A DNA stretch of 32,000 nucleotides, from positions 6,946 through 38,945 of the forward strand of contig PHAW01000009.1 of assembly GCA_002841785.1 (NCBI GenBank). The letters run 5' to 3'. Below are positions 31,780 to 32,000 of the stretch, one piece after another. The notes under the pieces are model-generated. The model had not been told where the DNA came from, ran no database searches, and saw only the letters and a program-made list of their open reading frames with translations. This DNA comes from Deltaproteobacteria bacterium HGW-Deltaproteobacteria-3 (GTDB lineage: Bacteria; Desulfobacterota; Desulfobulbia; Desulfobulbales; Desulfurivibrionaceae). The position numbers were made by a program, and so were the translations under genes. Positions within the stretch are counted from its first letter, which is position 1. Each line of letters opens with the position of its first letter.

Positions 31780-32000
31780 TCAAGACAGGTCCGGGGCCGA
31801 ATTAAGAGTGAATAAAATTATTCTCTCGCCGGTCACAGTACTAATATCCGTGTGCAAACTTTTGACCTTTTTGCCTACAATGCCTTCTATGACGGCCTCT
31901 AGCAAAGGACGCCCTTTTTCAAGCAAGGTACACCGCACCTGTTTAATCAATTCTCGCCCGTTGGTAACATCGGCAGCACCTGCCAGCTGGTACTCCGCCT
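31780..32000 (-). CDS. DUF2294 (MpsC-like) domain protein, C-terminal part (5' end outside the window)
   Basis: Not in the ORF track. My translation of the reverse frame from 31998 is ...GRELIKQVRCTLLEKGRPLLEAVIEGIVGKKVKSLHTDISTVTGERIILFTLNSAPDLS*. The KV.SLHTDIS...GE.I..F.L pattern is typical of DUF2294. Stop at 31782-31780. Confidence 0.5.
   Translation of the reverse strand, partial: AEYQLAGAADVTNGRELIKQVRCTLLEKGRPLLEAVIEGIVGKKVKSLHTDISTVTGERIILFTLNSAPDLS

Noticed and set aside
31497-31805. 102-aa plus-strand ORF covering the AT-rich spacer
   Set aside because: It overlaps the 3' end of the DUF2294 gene and the 5' end of the PEPCK-like gene on the opposite strand. It is Lys/Ser-rich owing to A-runs and has no SD. 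The region is better explained as a structured leader with terminators.
1-32000. Scan for CRISPR arrays, IS elements/transposases, integrases, tRNA or rRNA genes, and toxin-antitoxin or known defence cassettes
   Set aside because: I saw no regularly spaced direct repeats, no terminal inverted repeats flanking a transposase-like ORF, and no tRNA-like T-arm (GGTTCGAATCC-type) segments. No ORFs were left unexplained by the metabolic and envelope genes listed.

Overview
GC-rich chromosomal segment from an anaerobic, sulfate-reducer-like (Desulfobulbaceae-type; lineage is inferred) bacterium, almost fully coding, in three co-directional blocks. (1) Minus strand, 1-6415: pyrG-kdsA-kdsC-lptC, a frameshifted pyrF, then a small redox operon (Cys-rich small protein, a thioredoxin-fold selenoprotein with an in-frame UGA that the ORF track splits, and a TrxB-like reductase running off the window). 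(2) Plus strand, 6798-15829: a nonaheme c-type cytochrome lipoprotein translationally coupled to rlpA, a four-gene cytoplasmic group-3b-type [NiFe] hydrogenase, and a PilZ-motA-motB unit. (3) Minus strand, 15868-32000: the hgcA/hgcB mercury-methylation pair at the window centre, AICAR-transformylase-only purH, thiH-thiG-thiS-thiF, a divergent GAPDH-family gene, PFOR, a long SulP/STAS permease, purE, a large divergent PEPCK/HPr-kinase-fold protein behind a structured leader, and a partial DUF2294 gene. I saw no rRNA, tRNA, CRISPR array, IS element or integrase. The main hits are hgcAB, the hidden UxxC selenoprotein, and the uncharacterised PEPCK/HprK-like enzyme. The many long ORFs antisense to real genes are GC-driven shadows.
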